Below, in pieces: positions 61,359 through 64,000 of a stretch of 64,000 nt of DNA. Source of the stretch: Stegostoma tigrinum (taxonomy: Eukaryota). Below the pieces are notes generated by a model. The model made no database searches. It saw nothing but the letters and a program-made list of their open reading frames with translations, and was not told where the DNA came from. Position 1 is the first letter of the stretch. Every line of letters begins with the position of its first letter. A program made the position numbers and the translations under genes. Location of the stretch: NCBI RefSeq assembly GCF_030684315.1, contig NC_081370.1, positions 20,977,578-21,041,577 on the forward strand, written 5' to 3'.

Positions 61359-61586
61359 TGGAGTGTTTTGTCACAAGGTCAGCCAGTTAGATCTCAGAAT
61401 ATGAATTCCTTGATTGGAGCTGTTAATCCGTTCCAATCAGAGAGTCCTGGCTGACAGATATAAACAGGAGTATCAGGAGCTCTGTTCACTTTGAGAGCTG
61501 GCTTTGATGAAGTTGGGGCTGTGTCACATACTACACACATGCAAATAAAGGGTAACTGGGACACCAGTTTCTGCGGAGTAATTTCG
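61359..61586 (+). repeat. Gypsy 3' LTR
   Basis: Follows the PPT; GATATAAA, AATAAAGGG, ends ...GTAATTTCG; homologous to 51413-51644. Confidence 0.8.
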
Positions 61587-61766
61587 CTGTCCACCTTGGT
61601 CTTAATAATATTCAAAGACCCTCCCTCCACCATCTTCTAAGGCAGAGAGTTTGAAAGTCGCATAACCCTCTCAGAGAAAATATTTGTCCTTGTCTCTATC
61701 CTGAAAGGGCAATTCCTTATTTAAAGTTTGCATCTTTCCCCTCCTTGTCAGTGACAATGCCTCTAA

Positions 61767-62195
61767 GGGCAGAAATCTTATTCCTCCTTGTAGCCTGATG
61801 TGCGAACCTGACAGACTTCAAGCTGGGATAATAAAATGTGAGGCTGGATGAACACAGCAAGCCCAGCAGCATCTCAGGAGCACAAAAGCTGACGTTTCGG
61901 GCCTAGACCCTTTTATTATCTTGGATTCTCCAGCATCTGCAGTTCCCATTATCACAGACTTCAAGCTGGGTCCCCCGAACTCAGCCAGCTGCCAGACTTA
62001 CAGTCGGACAGAAGTATGCCTCTACCTTAGGTAGACTACTTATCTTCTCCCACATTGCGCATATTATTGAATTCATAGAAGGGCAATTATCGCCTGGAAA
62101 ATGCACCTAGAGCATTACACCAAATTATTTGCCCCATTCGTAGTAAACAACTACTAATCTCCATATCCCAACTCAAGAATAATTAAATTCTGCCC
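61767..62195. mobile_element. MITE, PIF/Harbinger-like
   Basis: Terminal inverted repeats GGGCAGAA / TTCTGCCC flanked by TAA and TTA. Confidence 0.55.
61828..61953 (+). mobile_element. 126-bp PLE micro-element (family 1)
   Basis: Inverted arm plus 43-nt sense 3' end/tail; perfect 17-bp TSD ACAGACTTCAAGCTGGG (61811-61827 / 61954-61970). Confidence 0.92.
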
Positions 62196-62199
62196 TTAG

Positions 62200-63700
62200 T
62201 GCCTTATGAAAAAACAAGAACATTGTGCAAAATGTCAGTGGAGAAACAAAAAAGCAGCTCCATATTAAATGAACAAAATGAAACTAAATATCTGCACTCA
62301 GCCATAAATGCAATTATTTGAAAACAATTTAGATAGCTATAATCAAAATTTATGCATCTAACTTTACAAATCTAGCTTCAATTGTCAAATGGGTTCATAC
62401 TTGTCTCATTTTATATGGGTAAAATGACTATCAGACTCCCAGTTTACCAGAAAAATATGAAATTTGGCATAATGCATAATTTAAGTATGATAAAACTGTC
62501 ACTGGCTCACATTGTGGTCTCAGATTGACATACACAACTCTGTGTTGAAATTTGGTTGTACTCATTGTCACAAAGATGGAATCAGAAACAATGCACTATT
62601 CCACAGTTAATGCTATATCAAGCTTTTTAACTCTTAACTAGCTGAATATAATTAGACAAATAATGTGGACTGCCTTCAAGACATTAAACATAATCAATAA
62701 GGTTAGTGACAACTCACAGTTTCAAAATATCATTGGAAAAATAAAATGCAAGTTTGTAGCAACTCTGTCTCATTGATGTTAAAGGTTATGCTTCAGATTG
62801 ACGGGCAATTTAGTTTCAAGGGTCTCAACAACCATTCACAAAGAATAATTCAGTCCAAGATGTCTGATTTGGAATACTGGGACTTCAGAGGTTTTTAAGC
62901 CTAATTCCTAGCAGTCACCTGTACAGTCCATCATAATAAAGAGGAGGATTATTCACAAGCATGAAGTTAATGCAAATCAGAACATAATCAAGGATGGAAG
63001 GACAATAGTTTGCATTTCAAACACTACTTTGATCTCCCATATCCAAAGGTGTTACAAAATTATGCTTAAAATTTAAAACTACATGCACTATACAAAATGC
63101 CATCTATCACTCCTGATCTCAACCACAATTAGTCCCTCTTTTCATTCCAAGAGTAATTGTATCTTTGCGTACTTTTCTAGATGAAGTAATTAAGTTCAAA
63201 ACTTTAGCTCAGATACAGTGATGGCTTTTTTCTTTTCTTGATAAATGAACAAAATTGTTTTAAATAAGTTTATCTTTTGATCTTCTTCCTTTGATTCTAT
63301 AGACTTGTCCCTGTCATACGGCTTCCGACAATTTGGATCCAAGATTTCAGGCACCACTTTAACAAACCAATTTAGCTCAAAATCTTACTGTTCATTTGCA
63401 AATTCAGCAATGTCGCAGTCTATTTCAGTTAAACAGACCTAATTTCTTCAATTTCGTAAAGGACTAGATTATGACTCTGTTTTACCATACAATTCTGACC
63501 ATGTCCTCTACAACAGGGACAAAGCTTCCAGTGATCTACTTTCTTAAGTTCTCGAATTTGACAATTTTCTCCCATTCACAAATTCCTCTTCAAGCTCTTT
63601 CTATCCTCAATTTTTTCTTTCTTTGATTATTTAACCTCTGAGGAGGAGTTTGGAGCAGTGCTACATGAATTTGTGTTGTATAATTTATTCCCTCTTATAA
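62200..63700 (-). mobile_element. Very decayed LTR-retroelement gag/RT-like remnant
   Basis: Scattered reverse-strand peptide hints ('CPCCRGHGQNC', 'IDY..N'); no open frame. Confidence 0.25.
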
Positions 63701-64000
63701 GCAAAGTCACCAAAAGAAAGGAATATGGAAGCAGAAAAGGAGAGAATCAGAAAATAAATATTAAAAGAGAAATAGAATCATGAATGCATATGATTCCAAG
63801 AAGAAGAAAAGAAAAAGGAAAATGAAAGGAAAAGAAAGTGAGGAAGGATTGATTTTTACACGCAGAACGAAAGATCTTCAGTAACTTCAGTATTTTCAGA
63901 ACTTGCAACTGTTCTCTTCTGATCAGAAGACAGTTATAAGCAAAGTGGGTGAAATTAGAAGCTTCTATCCAGTGGGGCCCCATAGGGATCAGTGTTAGGA

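Larger units (their letters stand above)
59250..61586 (+). mobile_element. Ty3/Gypsy 3' portion (integrase plus 3' LTR), same family as 51413-53890
   Basis: 'YRPEHSAGGQAANADALSHL', integrase remnants, 'YKVQVDEAVLNKHVDHMK', PPT AGAGGGGGAGGGA (61346-61358). Confidence 0.9.

Noticed and set aside
1-64000. CRISPR arrays or prokaryotic operons
   Set aside because: No regularly spaced repeat-spacer array; the sequence is vertebrate retroelement-rich DNA.

Overview
Eukaryotic, repeat-dominated intergenic or intronic DNA with no recognisable intact host gene. The repeat set (HE1/V-domain SINEs, Deu-domain SINEs, CR1/HER1-type LINEs with an SGNH-esterase ORF1) points to a cartilaginous fish, probably a shark (inference). 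Contents: two near-full-length but decayed CR1 LINEs (2.05-5.8 kb minus, 18.3-25.0 kb plus) and many CR1/L2 fragments; one RTE and one Rex1/Babar LINE; two 5'-truncated copies of one Gypsy family in opposite orientation; a CpG-decayed tRNA-Glu(CTC) pseudogene; and a probable orphan histone H1 pseudogene. The most interesting signal is a Penelope-like element (PLE) system. One 2.8-kb copy (RT plus GIY-YIG) sits inside a CR1. About a dozen shorter derivatives from two families are scattered through the window, many of them 80-230 bp fold-backs. Most carry a minimal hammerhead-ribozyme motif (CTGANGA-stem II-GAAACGT[C/T]) and an unpaired 3' tail, and many are flanked by 12-21 bp target-site duplications. 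Boundaries of old repeats were read by eye and are approximate; TSD and ribozyme coordinates were counted directly.
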